DNA of 64,000 nucleotides from Thermoanaerobaculia bacterium (GTDB lineage Bacteria; Acidobacteriota; Thermoanaerobaculia; UBA5066), in assembly GCA_035542215.1 (NCBI GenBank), contig DATKLW010000173.1:1717-65716 (forward strand), written 5' to 3'. The notes under the pieces are model-generated. The model was not told where the DNA came from, ran no database searches, and saw only the letters and a list, made by a program, of their open reading frames with translations. The position numbers were made by a program, and so were the translations under genes. This document shows positions 18,476 to 27,513 of the stretch, one piece after another (within the stretch, counting starts at the first letter, position 1; each line of letters begins with the position of its first letter).

Positions 18476-19563
18476 TGGCCGAAACGAAGCCGCCCGCCCC
18501 GGACCTCGGCGCCGCCCTCGCGGCGGCCTCGTGCCCCGTCCCGGCCTCTTCGACGCGGGAGACGATCCTCATGGCGCACGGCGGCGGCGGCCGCCTCACG
18601 CAGCGCCTCATCGAGAGCCTGTTCCTGAAGAACTTCGACAACCCGGCGCTCCGCGAGCTGCACGACGGCGCGATCCTCGAGGCCGGAGGCGTCCGCCTCG
18701 CGTTCTCGACGGACTCGTTCGTGATCCACCCGCTTTTCTTCCCCGGCGGCGACATCGGCTCGCTCGCCGTCCACGGCACCGTGAACGACCTCGCGATGTG
18801 CGGCGCGCAGCCGCTCGGCCTCTCGGCCGGCCTCATCCTCGAGGAGGGCCTGCCGGTCGCGGACCTCGAGAGGATCGTCGCGTCGATGCAGCGCGCCGCC
18901 GCCGGCGCGGGCGCCTCGATCGTCACGGGCGACACGAAGGTCGTCGACCGCGGCAAGGGCGACGGCGTCTTCGTGAACGTGACCGGCGTCGGGATCGTGC
19001 CCGAGGGCGTCGTGATCTCGCCCCGGCGCGCCGCGCCGGGCGACGTCGTCCTCGTGAGCGGCGAGATCGCCGTCCACGGGATCGCGATCATGTCGCTCCG
19101 CGAGGGCCTCCGGTTCGAGACGACGCTCGAGAGCGACACGGCGGCGCTGAACGGCCTCGTCGCGGACCTCCTCGCCGCCGCTGGCGCCGCCGTCCACGTC
19201 CTGCGCGACCCGACGCGCGGCGGCGTCGCCTCGACGCTGAACGAGATCGCGGGCCAGGCGGCCGTCGGCATCCGCCTCGAGGAGGCGAAGATCCCGGTCG
19301 CCGAGGAGGTGCGGGGCGCCTGCGAGATTCTCGGCCTCGACCCGCTCTACGTCGCGAACGAGGGCAAGCTCCTCGCGATCGTCGCGCCGGAGGCCGCGGA
19401 TAGAGCGCTCGCGGCGCTCCGGGCGCATCCCCTCGGCGCGAAGGCCGCCGCGATCGGCACGGTCGTCGCGGAGGGCCCGGGCCGCGTGACGCTGAAGAGC
19501 CGGATCGGCGGGACGCGCATCGTGGATCTCCTCACGGGCGAGCAGCTCCCGAGGATCTGCTGA
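18475..19563 (+). CDS. hypE: carbamoyl dehydratase HypE
   Basis: The ATG overlaps the hypD stop (TGATG). AIR-synthase-like fold with the C-terminal signature ...GEQLPRIC. Confidence 0.95.
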   Translation: MAETKPPAPDLGAALAAASCPVPASSTRETILMAHGGGGRLTQRLIESLFLKNFDNPALRELHDGAILEAGGVRLAFSTDSFVIHPLFFPGGDIGSLAVHGTVNDLAMCGAQPLGLSAGLILEEGLPVADLERIVASMQRAAAGAGASIVTGDTKVVDRGKGDGVFVNVTGVGIVPEGVVISPRRAAPGDVVLVSGEIAVHGIAIMSLREGLRFETTLESDTAALNGLVADLLAAAGAAVHVLRDPTRGGVASTLNEIAGQAAVGIRLEEAKIPVAEEVRGACEILGLDPLYVANEGKLLAIVAPEAADRALAALRAHPLGAKAAAIGTVVAEGPGRVTLKSRIGGTRIVDLLTGEQLPRIC

Positions 19564-19564
19564 C

Positions 19565-19948
19565 GTGCACGAGATGGGCGTCGCCGCCGAGGTGCGCCGG
19601 ATCGCGCGCGCGTCCGTCGCGAACCGCGGCTCCGGCCGGATCACGTGCGTGCGTCTCGCGGTCGGCGACCTCGCGGCCATCGAGCCCGAGCTCCTGAAGT
19701 ACGCGTGGGAGGCGCTCGTCCAGGGCACGTCCGAGGAGGGCGCGGCGCTCGAGATCGACTGGCGGCCCGCGAAGCAGACCTGCCGCGTCTGCGGCGACCT
19801 GCCGGGGCGGGCGCCCGGAACCTGGCTCCGCCTCTGCCCGAAATGCGGCGGGATCCTGCGCGTGACGGGCGGCGACGACCTCGACGTCCTCTCGGTCGTC
19901 TTCGAGGAGGATGATGCCGTGCAGGGAGCGGAGGGAGGAGCGCGATGA
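19565..19948 (+). CDS. hypA: nickel insertion protein HypA
   Basis: N-terminal MHEMGV. Zn site CRVCG...CPKCG. Confidence 0.92.
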   Translation: MHEMGVAAEVRRIARASVANRGSGRITCVRLAVGDLAAIEPELLKYAWEALVQGTSEEGAALEIDWRPAKQTCRVCGDLPGRAPGTWLRLCPKCGGILRVTGGDDLDVLSVVFEEDDAVQGAEGGAR

Positions 19949-20637
19949 CCGAGGTGGACGTCAAACAAAAGGTCCTCGCCGCGAACGCCGCCGCGGCCGC
20001 CTCTCTGCGCGAGATGTTCTCCCGCTCGGGCACGCTCGCCGTGAACCTCATCTCCTCGCCGGGTTCCGGGAAGACGACGCTCCTCGAGAAGACCGTCGCG
20101 GCGCTGAAAGGCTCGCTCCGCCTCGGGGGGATCGAGGGCGACATCGCGACCGAGCGCGACGCCGAGCGACTGCGGAAGATGGGGATCCCCGCGCGGCAGA
20201 TCCTCACCGGCGGCTCCTGCCACCTCGACGCCCGCCAGGTCGAGCGCGCGCTCGCCGAGGAGGAGGGCGGGCTCTCGGGCCTCGACATCCTCTTCATCGA
20301 GAATGTCGGGAACCTCATCTGCCCGACGGGCTACGACCTCGGCGAGGACTTCAAGATCGTCCTCCTCTCCGTCACGGAGGGCGAAGACAAACCGTTCAAG
20401 TACCCGGCGATCTTTTCGAAGGCCGCCGTGACCGTCGTCACGAAGATCGATCTCCTTCCGTACGTCCCATTCGACCTCCCCGCCGTCCGCGAGCAGGTCG
20501 CGACGCTCGCGCCCGAGGGCCGCATCGTCGAGGTCTCGGCGACGAGCGGCGCCGGGATGGACGCGTGGATCCGGCTCCTGACGGATGCTCTCGCGAGAAA
20601 GCGCGCCGGGGTGCCGGCCGCGGGAGTCGCCACTTGA
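19945..20637 (+). CDS. hypB: nickel-binding GTPase HypB
   Basis: Motifs GSPGSGKTTLL, ENVGNLICP and VTKIDL. The start overlaps the hypA stop. Confidence 0.95.
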   Translation: MTEVDVKQKVLAANAAAAASLREMFSRSGTLAVNLISSPGSGKTTLLEKTVAALKGSLRLGGIEGDIATERDAERLRKMGIPARQILTGGSCHLDARQVERALAEEEGGLSGLDILFIENVGNLICPTGYDLGEDFKIVLLSVTEGEDKPFKYPAIFSKAAVTVVTKIDLLPYVPFDLPAVREQVATLAPEGRIVEVSATSGAGMDAWIRLLTDALARKRAGVPAAGVAT

Positions 20638-21035
20638 GCGGCGTCGACCGGAGAGAGCTCCTTCTCGCTCTCGCGGGCGGCGGCGCGCTGACCGCGGCTG
20701 CGACGCTCGCCGGCTGCTCGAAAAAGCCGGCGCTCAAGCCGACGCAGGCGCTCGTCCCGCTCTCGGACGTCCCGAAGACCGGCCGGACGAAGATCCTCGT
20801 CGCCGGCCGGCCCGTCGAGCTCCGGCGCACGGAGAAGGGCGTCGTCGCGCGGTCGCTCCTCTGCTCGCACTTCGGCTGCACGGTTGCGTGGAACGAGGAG
20901 CGGCAGGTCTACGTCTGCCCGTGCCACGAGGGCGTCTACGACGCGAGCGGCGCGGTCGTGGGCGGGCCGCCTCCGCAGGGTCTCGCGAGCGTGCCCGTCG
21001 TCGTCTCCGGCGACGACCTGATCGTGGGGGCGTGA
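20634..21035 (+). CDS. Rieske [2Fe-2S] domain lipoprotein
   Basis: In frame with track ORF 19911..21035. The TTG start overlaps the hypB stop. Lipobox-like TLAGCS. Rieske ligands CSHFGC...CPCHEG. Confidence 0.75.
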   Translation: MSGVDRRELLLALAGGGALTAAATLAGCSKKPALKPTQALVPLSDVPKTGRTKILVAGRPVELRRTEKGVVARSLLCSHFGCTVAWNEERQVYVCPCHEGVYDASGAVVGGPPPQGLASVPVVVSGDDLIVGA

Positions 21036-21685
21036 TGGCGGACGGGCTCTTCCTGACGCTCGCGGGCGCGGCCGTCACCGTCGGCGCGCTCCACACGCTC
21101 GCGCCCGACCACTGGGTGCCGTTCGCGGCGATCGCGCGCGCGCAGAGGTGGTCCGCCGCGAAGACGGCGCGGATCACGTTCCTCTGTGGCTTCGGTCACG
21201 TGACGGTCTCGGCGCTCCTCGGGCTCCTCGGCCTCCTCTTCGGCCGGGCGATCTTCGAGCGCGCCGGCGCGCGGATGGAGGCCGTGGCGGGGATCCTCCT
21301 CGTGGGCTTCGGCCTCGCGTACGGCGTCTGGGGGATGCGCCGTGCGGCGGGGAAGCGGGTCCACGGCCACGCGCACGCGCACTACGACCACGTCCACGAC
21401 CCTTCGAAGTCGACCGCGTGGTCGCTCTTCCTCCTCTTCTCCGCGGACCCGTGCGTCGCCGTGATCCCGCTCCTCTTCGCGGCCGCGCCGCTCGGGACGG
21501 CGCCCACGGTCGGGATCGTCCTGCTCTACGAGGCGGCCACGATCCTGACGATGATCGCCCTCGTCCTGCCCGCCCGGGCCGGGTTCCAGCGCCTCCGCTT
21601 CCCGTGGCTCGACCACTGGGGCGACGCGGTCGCGGGCGGTCTCATCGCCGCCACGGGCGTCGTCGTGATCGCGCTCGGGATCTGA
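21035..21685 (+). CDS. NicO/RcnA-like nickel/cobalt transporter
   Basis: The ATG overlaps the Rieske stop (TGATG). HX4DH signature HTLAPDH sits in the first helix. His-rich loop HGHAHAHYDHVHD. About 6 TM helices. Confidence 0.75.
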   Translation: MADGLFLTLAGAAVTVGALHTLAPDHWVPFAAIARAQRWSAAKTARITFLCGFGHVTVSALLGLLGLLFGRAIFERAGARMEAVAGILLVGFGLAYGVWGMRRAAGKRVHGHAHAHYDHVHDPSKSTAWSLFLLFSADPCVAVIPLLFAAAPLGTAPTVGIVLLYEAATILTMIALVLPARAGFQRLRFPWLDHWGDAVAGGLIAATGVVVIALGI

Positions 21686-21690
21686 CCCGC

Positions 21691-22938
21691 CTACGCCCCC
21701 GCGGAAGCCCCGCCTTTCGGCCGTCGTTTCCACGCGACATAGGGCTTCGCGAGCGTGCGCAGCGCCGTGAGCTTCGTCTCGTACAGGCGCGACGAGAACG
21801 TCGGCTCGACGAGCTCGGCGGCCTCCTCGGGCTGGACGACGAGCGAGACCTGGATGCCCGGAAGGATCCCGACCGGCAGCCCGGCGCGCGTGACGGCGCG
21901 CCAGAGGTAGGCGAAAACGTCCTTCATGTCGTCCGGCCTCGGCGGGGGCACGTGCTCCATCGCGCTCCCGAGGGTCGGGCGGAAGATGCAGACCGTCGGG
22001 AACGCGCCCGCGTTCACGATTCGGTCGATCGCGCGCTTCGTCGCGTCGATCGGCTCGGGGCCGGCGATGATCTCCCCCGACACTTTTCCGGCGCCGAGCT
22101 TGCCGGCCGTGTACTCCATCGCCTCGAAGAACGCGTGCTGGCCGACGGTCTGCGCCTTCCCCGGGCAGAGGCTCGCGAACACCTCGGGGTCCTCGAACTC
22201 GTAGCAGAACGAGAAGTGGTCCGTCCCGGCAGCGATGAGGTCGTCGTACTCGCCGTACTTGCGGCGCGGGACCGGCACGGCCTGCACGCCGATGAAGCCG
22301 CCGACCTCCGCCCGGATCGCCTTCACGAACGGCTCGCACTGCCTCAAGCCGTGCAGAGACTCGAGCTTGTCGACGTCCTCGAAGTGGTAGCCCGTGTTGA
22401 GGTGCGTGAAGATCGACCCGGAGTGGTCGCGCGCGGCTTTCGCGACCTCGATCACGTCCTCGACCTTCTTGCGCGACTCCTCGGCCTCGCCGACGTTGCG
22501 CCCCGTCGTGCAGAACGCGCACGCGGGCGAAGACGGCAGGTTCCAGTAGAGGCACGAATTCGAGACGTAGATCCCGAGGTACGTGCCCTGCAGGACGCCG
22601 ATCCGGCTCATCTCCGTGCCGGACTTCGTCTTCCACGAGTACCACGTCGGCTCGGGCGGGATCGTGACCGCGTAATGGTCGCCCGTACGCGTGTCCGCGA
22701 CGGCGTACCCGCCGCCGTTCTGGACGAGGAGGAACGGCGACGCCGCCGCGAACGGCTCGACGACGGGGACGTTCATCCAGATGTCCTTGCGCGGCGCCGG
22801 GATCACGATCTCGAGACCCGATCCGAGGCCGGCGCGCGTGCGCGCGATGCGCCGAGCGTCTTCGTCCGTGTGGCAGGACGCATCGATGCGCATTCCGAGG
22901 CAGAACAGCTCGATCTCGAGCTCGACGGGCTTCAGCAT
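21691..22938 (-). CDS. radical-SAM-like protein with atypical Cys spacing
   Basis: 415 aa. The putative cluster region is SNSCLYWNLPSSPACAFCTTGRN (C-x10-C-x2-C rather than CxxxCxxC). The downstream layout is TIM-barrel-like. Confidence 0.6.
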   Translation of the reverse strand: MLKPVELEIELFCLGMRIDASCHTDEDARRIARTRAGLGSGLEIVIPAPRKDIWMNVPVVEPFAAASPFLLVQNGGGYAVADTRTGDHYAVTIPPEPTWYSWKTKSGTEMSRIGVLQGTYLGIYVSNSCLYWNLPSSPACAFCTTGRNVGEAEESRKKVEDVIEVAKAARDHSGSIFTHLNTGYHFEDVDKLESLHGLRQCEPFVKAIRAEVGGFIGVQAVPVPRRKYGEYDDLIAAGTDHFSFCYEFEDPEVFASLCPGKAQTVGQHAFFEAMEYTAGKLGAGKVSGEIIAGPEPIDATKRAIDRIVNAGAFPTVCIFRPTLGSAMEHVPPPRPDDMKDVFAYLWRAVTRAGLPVGILPGIQVSLVVQPEEAAELVEPTFSSRLYETKLTALRTLAKPYVAWKRRPKGGASAGA

Positions 22939-22948
22939 GGAACCAACC

Positions 22949-23152
22949 CTATCCCTTCAGCCGTTTGCGCCTGGGAAGGAGGTCGTTCACCTCGCGCAGC
23001 GCGAGATCCAGCCCCTTCTCGATGCCTTCGGGCTCCTCGCCGCGCAGCTTCTTCATCGCGAACTCGTCCCTGAGGCGGTGCAGCTTGTGCGCGAGCGCCC
23101 AGAGGATCGTCTCGACGGCTTTCTGCTCGTCCTCGGTCCGGCCCTTCGACAT
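22949..23152 (-). CDS. hypothetical small helical protein (67 aa)
   Basis: In frame with track ORF 22949..23305. ATG behind GGAGG. Sequence MSKGRTEDEQKAVETILWALAHKLHRLRDEF... Confidence 0.45.
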   Translation of the reverse strand: MSKGRTEDEQKAVETILWALAHKLHRLRDEFAMKKLRGEEPEGIEKGLDLALREVNDLLPRRKRLKG

Positions 23153-23182
23153 CCTCCGGATTCTGAACCAAGATCGCCCCGC

Positions 23183-23914
23183 ATGCCCGTCCTCGCCGTT
23201 CTCGTCCGGACGCACAACCCCGGGAACCTCGGCGCCGCCGCGCGCGCGGCGAAGAACTTCGGGGCGGAGCTGCTGCTCGTCGATCCGCGCGCCCCTCTCG
23301 ATCACCCCGACGCAGTCGCGTTTGCATCCGGCGCCGAGGATTTTCTTGGAAAGGTGAAGAGGCTGGATTCGCTGGATTCGCTCGGCGCGCGAGCGGACCG
23401 GGTCATCGCCCTCTCCTCGCTGCGCGGCCGCGTTTCGCGCGGGCTGCCGCCTCCGACGACATTCGAAGAAATCTCCCGGTCTCTCCGTTCCCGTCGTTCC
23501 CGCGCCCGCCGCGTCGCGCTCGTGTTCGGCCCGGAGCGCGGGGGGCTGACGACGGAAGAGCTGCGGGCATGCGACGCGCGGCTCCGGATCGAGACCAGCC
23601 CGGAATTCCCGACGCTGAACCTCGCACAGTCGGTGGCCATTGCACTCTCGAACCTCCTCTCATTCGAGGAATCCTCGCGGCGGAGGCGCGAAACGGCGTC
23701 TCCCGAAGACGAGGTGGCGCCGACGAGAGACGTCCGCCGCCTCCTCTCCTCACTCAAAGAGACTCTCTCTTCGGCCGGCTACCCGGGCCGCGGCCATTCG
23801 AAAGACGTAATCGCGGAGATCGAGTCGTTCATGAAGCGCGGCAAGCCGACGTCGCGCGAGGTCACGCTCCTGCTCGGCGCTCTCGCGGCCGTCCGGCGAG
23901 GCCTCAGGGCGTGA
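23183..23914 (+). CDS. SPOUT (SpoU/TrmJ-like) RNA 2'-O-methyltransferase
   Basis: Motifs LVRTHNPGNLGAAARA, VALVFGPERGGLT and LNLAQSVAIAL. In frame with track ORF 22691..23914. Confidence 0.8.
   Translation: MPVLAVLVRTHNPGNLGAAARAAKNFGAELLLVDPRAPLDHPDAVAFASGAEDFLGKVKRLDSLDSLGARADRVIALSSLRGRVSRGLPPPTTFEEISRSLRSRRSRARRVALVFGPERGGLTTEELRACDARLRIETSPEFPTLNLAQSVAIALSNLLSFEESSRRRRETASPEDEVAPTRDVRRLLSSLKETLSSAGYPGRGHSKDVIAEIESFMKRGKPTSREVTLLLGALAAVRRGLRA
23339..23362. repeat. single copy of the dispersed motif inside the SPOUT methyltransferase gene
   Basis: GATTTTCTTGGAAAGGTGAAGAGG, translated DFLGKVKR. Confidence 0.7.
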
Positions 23915-23939
23915 TTTCCGTTCGAGAAAGGAGCCCCGC

Positions 23940-24374
23940 ATGCGACTCATGAACCGGCCGGCCTCTCTTCTCGCTCCCGCGGTTTTCGCGCTGGCGCTCC
24001 CCGCTGCCTCCGCCATCCCGCGAGTCAAGATCCTCGACGTGACGGTCTCGCCGGCGACCAGCGTGGACAAGCCGTGTCCCGTGACGCTCACGTTCCGCGC
24101 GACCGTCCTCCTCGACATGAAGAGCAAGTTCACGTACGAGTGGAGGTTGTCGACCGGCGAGGCCGACCGGGAGCACCATGGACCGGTCCAGGCCGACGGC
24201 GTCAACCCCGTCGTTCTGACGCAGGAGTGGAAGCTGGGCGAGCAGGGGCCGAAATACCACCCGTACGAGGGGTGGGTGAAGCTCAACGTTCGTTCGCCGG
24301 AGTGGAAGCTCTCCGAGCCGGCGGCCTTCACGATCGACTGCGGTCCGCCGCCAGCCGACGGAAAGGCCCGGTGA
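23940..24374 (+). CDS. hypothetical secreted protein
   Basis: Signal peptide MRLMNRPASLLAPAVFALALPAASA. No family recognised. Confidence 0.6.
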   Translation: MRLMNRPASLLAPAVFALALPAASAIPRVKILDVTVSPATSVDKPCPVTLTFRATVLLDMKSKFTYEWRLSTGEADREHHGPVQADGVNPVVLTQEWKLGEQGPKYHPYEGWVKLNVRSPEWKLSEPAAFTIDCGPPPADGKAR

Positions 24375-24419
24375 TCGCGGCCTCGGCGGAGATGGACCGC
24401 GAGCGCCCCACGAGCCGGC

Positions 24420-26336
24420 TCAGACGTCGAGGTCGTCGGCCTCCCGCGCCCGCTCCATGATGAACTTGTAGCGCAGCGACGCGTCCTTGCCCATGAGCTC
24501 ACCGAGCGCCTTCTCGGCCTCGAGAACGCTCGGCACGGTCACCTTGAGCGCGCGCCGCCGCTGGGGATCGAGCGTCGTCGCCTTGAGCTGCTCGGGCATC
24601 ATCTCGCCGAGGCCCTTGAACCGCATGATCTCGGGCTTCACGTTCTTCGGCAGCCTCGCGAGGATCGCGTCGCGCTCCTTCTCGTCCAGAGCCCAGTGCG
24701 TCTCCTTGGCCGCGTCCACGCGGTAGAGCGGAGGCTGCGCGAGGTAGACGTGCCCGCGCTCGATCAGCTTCGGCAGGTGGCGCCAGAAGAACGTGAGGAG
24801 GAGCGTCGAGATGTGGTGGCCGTCCGCGTCGGCGTCCATGAGAAGGAAGATCTTCCCGTAGCGGAGCTTTTCGATGTCGAAATCCGCGCCGACGCCGCAG
24901 CCGAGCGCGGAGACGATGTCGCTGAGCTCGCGGTTGCCGGTCACCTTCGCGGCGTTCGCCTGCTCGGCGTTCAGGACCTTGCCGCGCAGCGGGAGGATCG
25001 CCTGCGTCCGCCGGTCGCGGCCCTGCTTGGCCGAGCCTCCGGCCGAGTCGCCCTCGACGATGAAGAGCTCGGACGAGCCGGGGTCCGTCGAGGAGCAGTC
25101 CGCGAGCTTGCCGGGCAGGTTCAGGCGGTGCGAGACCGCCGTCTTGCGCGCGACCTGCTGGGCCGCGCGGCTCGCCTCGCGCGCGCGGGCCGCGAGGACG
25201 ATCCGGCCGACGATCTGCTCGGCGATCGTCGGGTTCTCGTTCAGCCACTTCTCGAGCGCGGGGCGCACCGCGCCGTCCACGGCCGCGGCCATCTCCGGGT
25301 TGTTCAGGCGGTCCTTCGTCTGCCCCTGAAACTGCGGCTCGAGGACGTACGCGGACAGCAGGACGACGATGCCCTCTCGGATGTCCTCCGCGGTCACGCT
25401 CACGCCCTTCGGGAGGAGCTCGTGCGTCTCGACGTAATTGCGGACGGCCTTCGTGAGGCCTGAGCGCAGCCCGTTCTCGTGCGTGCCGCCCGAGGGCGTC
25501 GAGACGCCGTTCACGAACGAGCGGACGTGCTCGTCCGTCGCCTCGGTCCAGACGAGCGCGAGCTCGAGGCGCGGGTCTTCCGCCCGCTCGAGGAGGAACG
25601 CGCCCGCGTGCGTCGGCGCCTTGCCGCGCTGCGCGACGACGTGCGTCAGCCAGTCCGCGAGGCCGCCCTCGTGCGCGAGCTCCTCGCGCACGGCGGGCTT
25701 CTTCGTCTCGTCCGTGAAGACGACCTTCAGGCCGCGGTGCAGGTACGTTTTGGCCTCGAGCCGCTCGCGGATCTCCGCCGCGTCGAACGCGAGCTTGCCG
25801 AAGATCTCGACGTCGGGCCGGAACCGCACGGTCGTCCCCGACCCGCGCACCTTCTCGCTCCCCGAGATCTTCGCGACCTTCGACGTCGCCTTGCCCTTCG
25901 CGTAGGTCTGCTGCCACGTGTGGCCGTCGCGCTTGACCGTGACGGTCATCTCGGACGACAGCGCGCAGACGACGGACGAACCGACGCCGTGGAGGCCGCC
26001 CGAATGGACGTAGTTCCCCTGGTCGAACTTTCCGCCCGCGTGGAGCGTCGTGAGGATGAGCTCGAGCGCGCTCTTCCTGTACTTCGGGTGGACGTCGACC
26101 GGGATGCCGCGGCCGTTGTCCGTGACCTCGATCTCCTTCCCGTCGGAAAAGAGCGTCACGTCGAGGCGCGTCGCGTAGCCGTTGATGACCTCGTCGATCG
26201 CGTTGTCGACGATCTCGTTGACGAGGTGGTGGAGACCCCTCGTGTCCACGCCGCCGATGTACATGCCGGGGCGCTTGCGGACGGGGTCGAGGCCTTCGAG
26301 GACGGTGATGTCGCGAGCGGTGTAGGTGGTGACCAT
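24420..26336 (-). CDS. type IIA DNA topoisomerase subunit B (short ParE/GyrB-type, 638 aa)
   Basis: GHKL ATPase motifs [10 protein letters not shown] and DNGRGIPVD. Toprim motifs [24 protein letters not shown] and [11 protein letters not shown]. Confidence 0.95.
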   Translation of the reverse strand: MVTTYTARDITVLEGLDPVRKRPGMYIGGVDTRGLHHLVNEIVDNAIDEVINGYATRLDVTLFSDGKEIEVTDNGRGIPVDVHPKYRKSALELILTTLHAGGKFDQGNYVHSGGLHGVGSSVVCALSSEMTVTVKRDGHTWQQTYAKGKATSKVAKISGSEKVRGSGTTVRFRPDVEIFGKLAFDAAEIRERLEAKTYLHRGLKVVFTDETKKPAVREELAHEGGLADWLTHVVAQRGKAPTHAGAFLLERAEDPRLELALVWTEATDEHVRSFVNGVSTPSGGTHENGLRSGLTKAVRNYVETHELLPKGVSVTAEDIREGIVVLLSAYVLEPQFQGQTKDRLNNPEMAAAVDGAVRPALEKWLNENPTIAEQIVGRIVLAARAREASRAAQQVARKTAVSHRLNLPGKLADCSSTDPGSSELFIVEGDSAGGSAKQGRDRRTQAILPLRGKVLNAEQANAAKVTGNRELSDIVSALGCGVGADFDIEKLRYGKIFLLMDADADGHHISTLLLTFFWRHLPKLIERGHVYLAQPPLYRVDAAKETHWALDEKERDAILARLPKNVKPEIMRFKGLGEMMPEQLKATTLDPQRRRALKVTVPSVLEAEKALGELMGKDASLRYKFIMERAREADDLDV

Positions 26337-26491
26337 GAGGCGGGCAGAGGGTGCGGCGAAAAGCGCTCCGGGTCAAGCAGGCAGCGGAGGCGGCCGGGCC
26401 CCTCTCGACGCCGGCGCGTGCTGTCTGAGCGAAGCGAGTTCACGCGCCAAGGAGATGGGGGGCCCGGCCGACAACCGCTATCGTTGCCTCC

Positions 26492-27490
26492 TTGGCGTCC
26501 CTCCTCGCCCGCGCGTTCGACTTCGTCCTCCTCGTCCTCGACCGGACGGGCGTCGCCGCGCGCCTCGCGGCGCTGCCGGTCTTCCCCGCCGCCATGCCCC
26601 TCGCCTCGCGCGCCGCGTGGGCGCTCGCGGCACTCGGCGCCGCCGTTCTCCTCTTTTACTCGTCGCTCGCGGCCGGGAGGGACCGCCGCGTCGCCGCGTT
26701 CCGCGTCGTCACGCTCCTCGCCGCGTGTCTCCTCCCGCTCGCCGCCGCGCGGCTCGTCCCGGCGGGCCACGCGCGCCCCTTCGGCGGCGGCGTCCTCGTC
26801 CTCGTGTTCTCGGCCGCCCTCGTTCACCGCGCCCTCGCGTGGCGCCGCAAGGAGAGCGTGGCCTCGCGTTTCCTCGAACGGCTCCGCTGGCTCCTCGAGG
26901 CCGCCGGCATCGCGCTTTGCCTCGCGGCGGCGGCCATGCACGCGCGCGGAGGGAGCGCTCCTCCGCTCACGGTCTTCGGCGGACTCCTCTGCCTGCGCCT
27001 CTCGATCGCCGATCTCCTCGACCCGTCGCGTCTCGCGAAGGAAACCGGCCTCACGGCGAGCGCGGCCAAGGACCTCAAGGCGGCCAGGAGCGGCAGGGCC
27101 CGCCCCGCTCACCGTGGGCGCCGGCTCGTCACGGGCCTCGCGAAGCTCGCGATCGCCGTCCTCTGGGTCTTCCTTCCGCTCCTCGCGGCCGTCGCGCCCG
27201 GCGAGGTCGCGCGCGGCGAGTGGCCGCCCGCAGCGCGCTTCCTCGCGCTCTACCCCGCGGCCGCCCTCGCCGTGACGGGCCTCCTCCTCCTCGCGGGCGC
27301 GGCGCGCCGGCTCGTCTCGAATCCGCTCGAAGCCGCGCGCGGCGCGGTCGTCGGCGCGGGCACGCTCCTGTGGCTCTGGCTCGTCCTCGGCCGCGCCCCC
27401 GCGGGCATCGCGATCGCCGCGCTGCCGGGCCTCTACGCAGCCGAGACGCTCGCGGGCTTTCTCTTCGGCGCCGCGTCGCGGGGGCGCTGA
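26492..27490 (+). CDS. hypothetical polytopic membrane protein
   Basis: TTG start. Repeated hydrophobic segments are separated by Arg-rich loops. Competing frames are Arg/Pro-rich junk. Confidence 0.5.
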   Translation: MASLLARAFDFVLLVLDRTGVAARLAALPVFPAAMPLASRAAWALAALGAAVLLFYSSLAAGRDRRVAAFRVVTLLAACLLPLAAARLVPAGHARPFGGGVLVLVFSAALVHRALAWRRKESVASRFLERLRWLLEAAGIALCLAAAAMHARGGSAPPLTVFGGLLCLRLSIADLLDPSRLAKETGLTASAAKDLKAARSGRARPAHRGRRLVTGLAKLAIAVLWVFLPLLAAVAPGEVARGEWPPAARFLALYPAAALAVTGLLLLAGAARRLVSNPLEAARGAVVGAGTLLWLWLVLGRAPAGIAIAALPGLYAAETLAGFLFGAASRGR

Positions 27491-27513
27491 AGATTCCGAC
27501 GTAACATCTCCGG

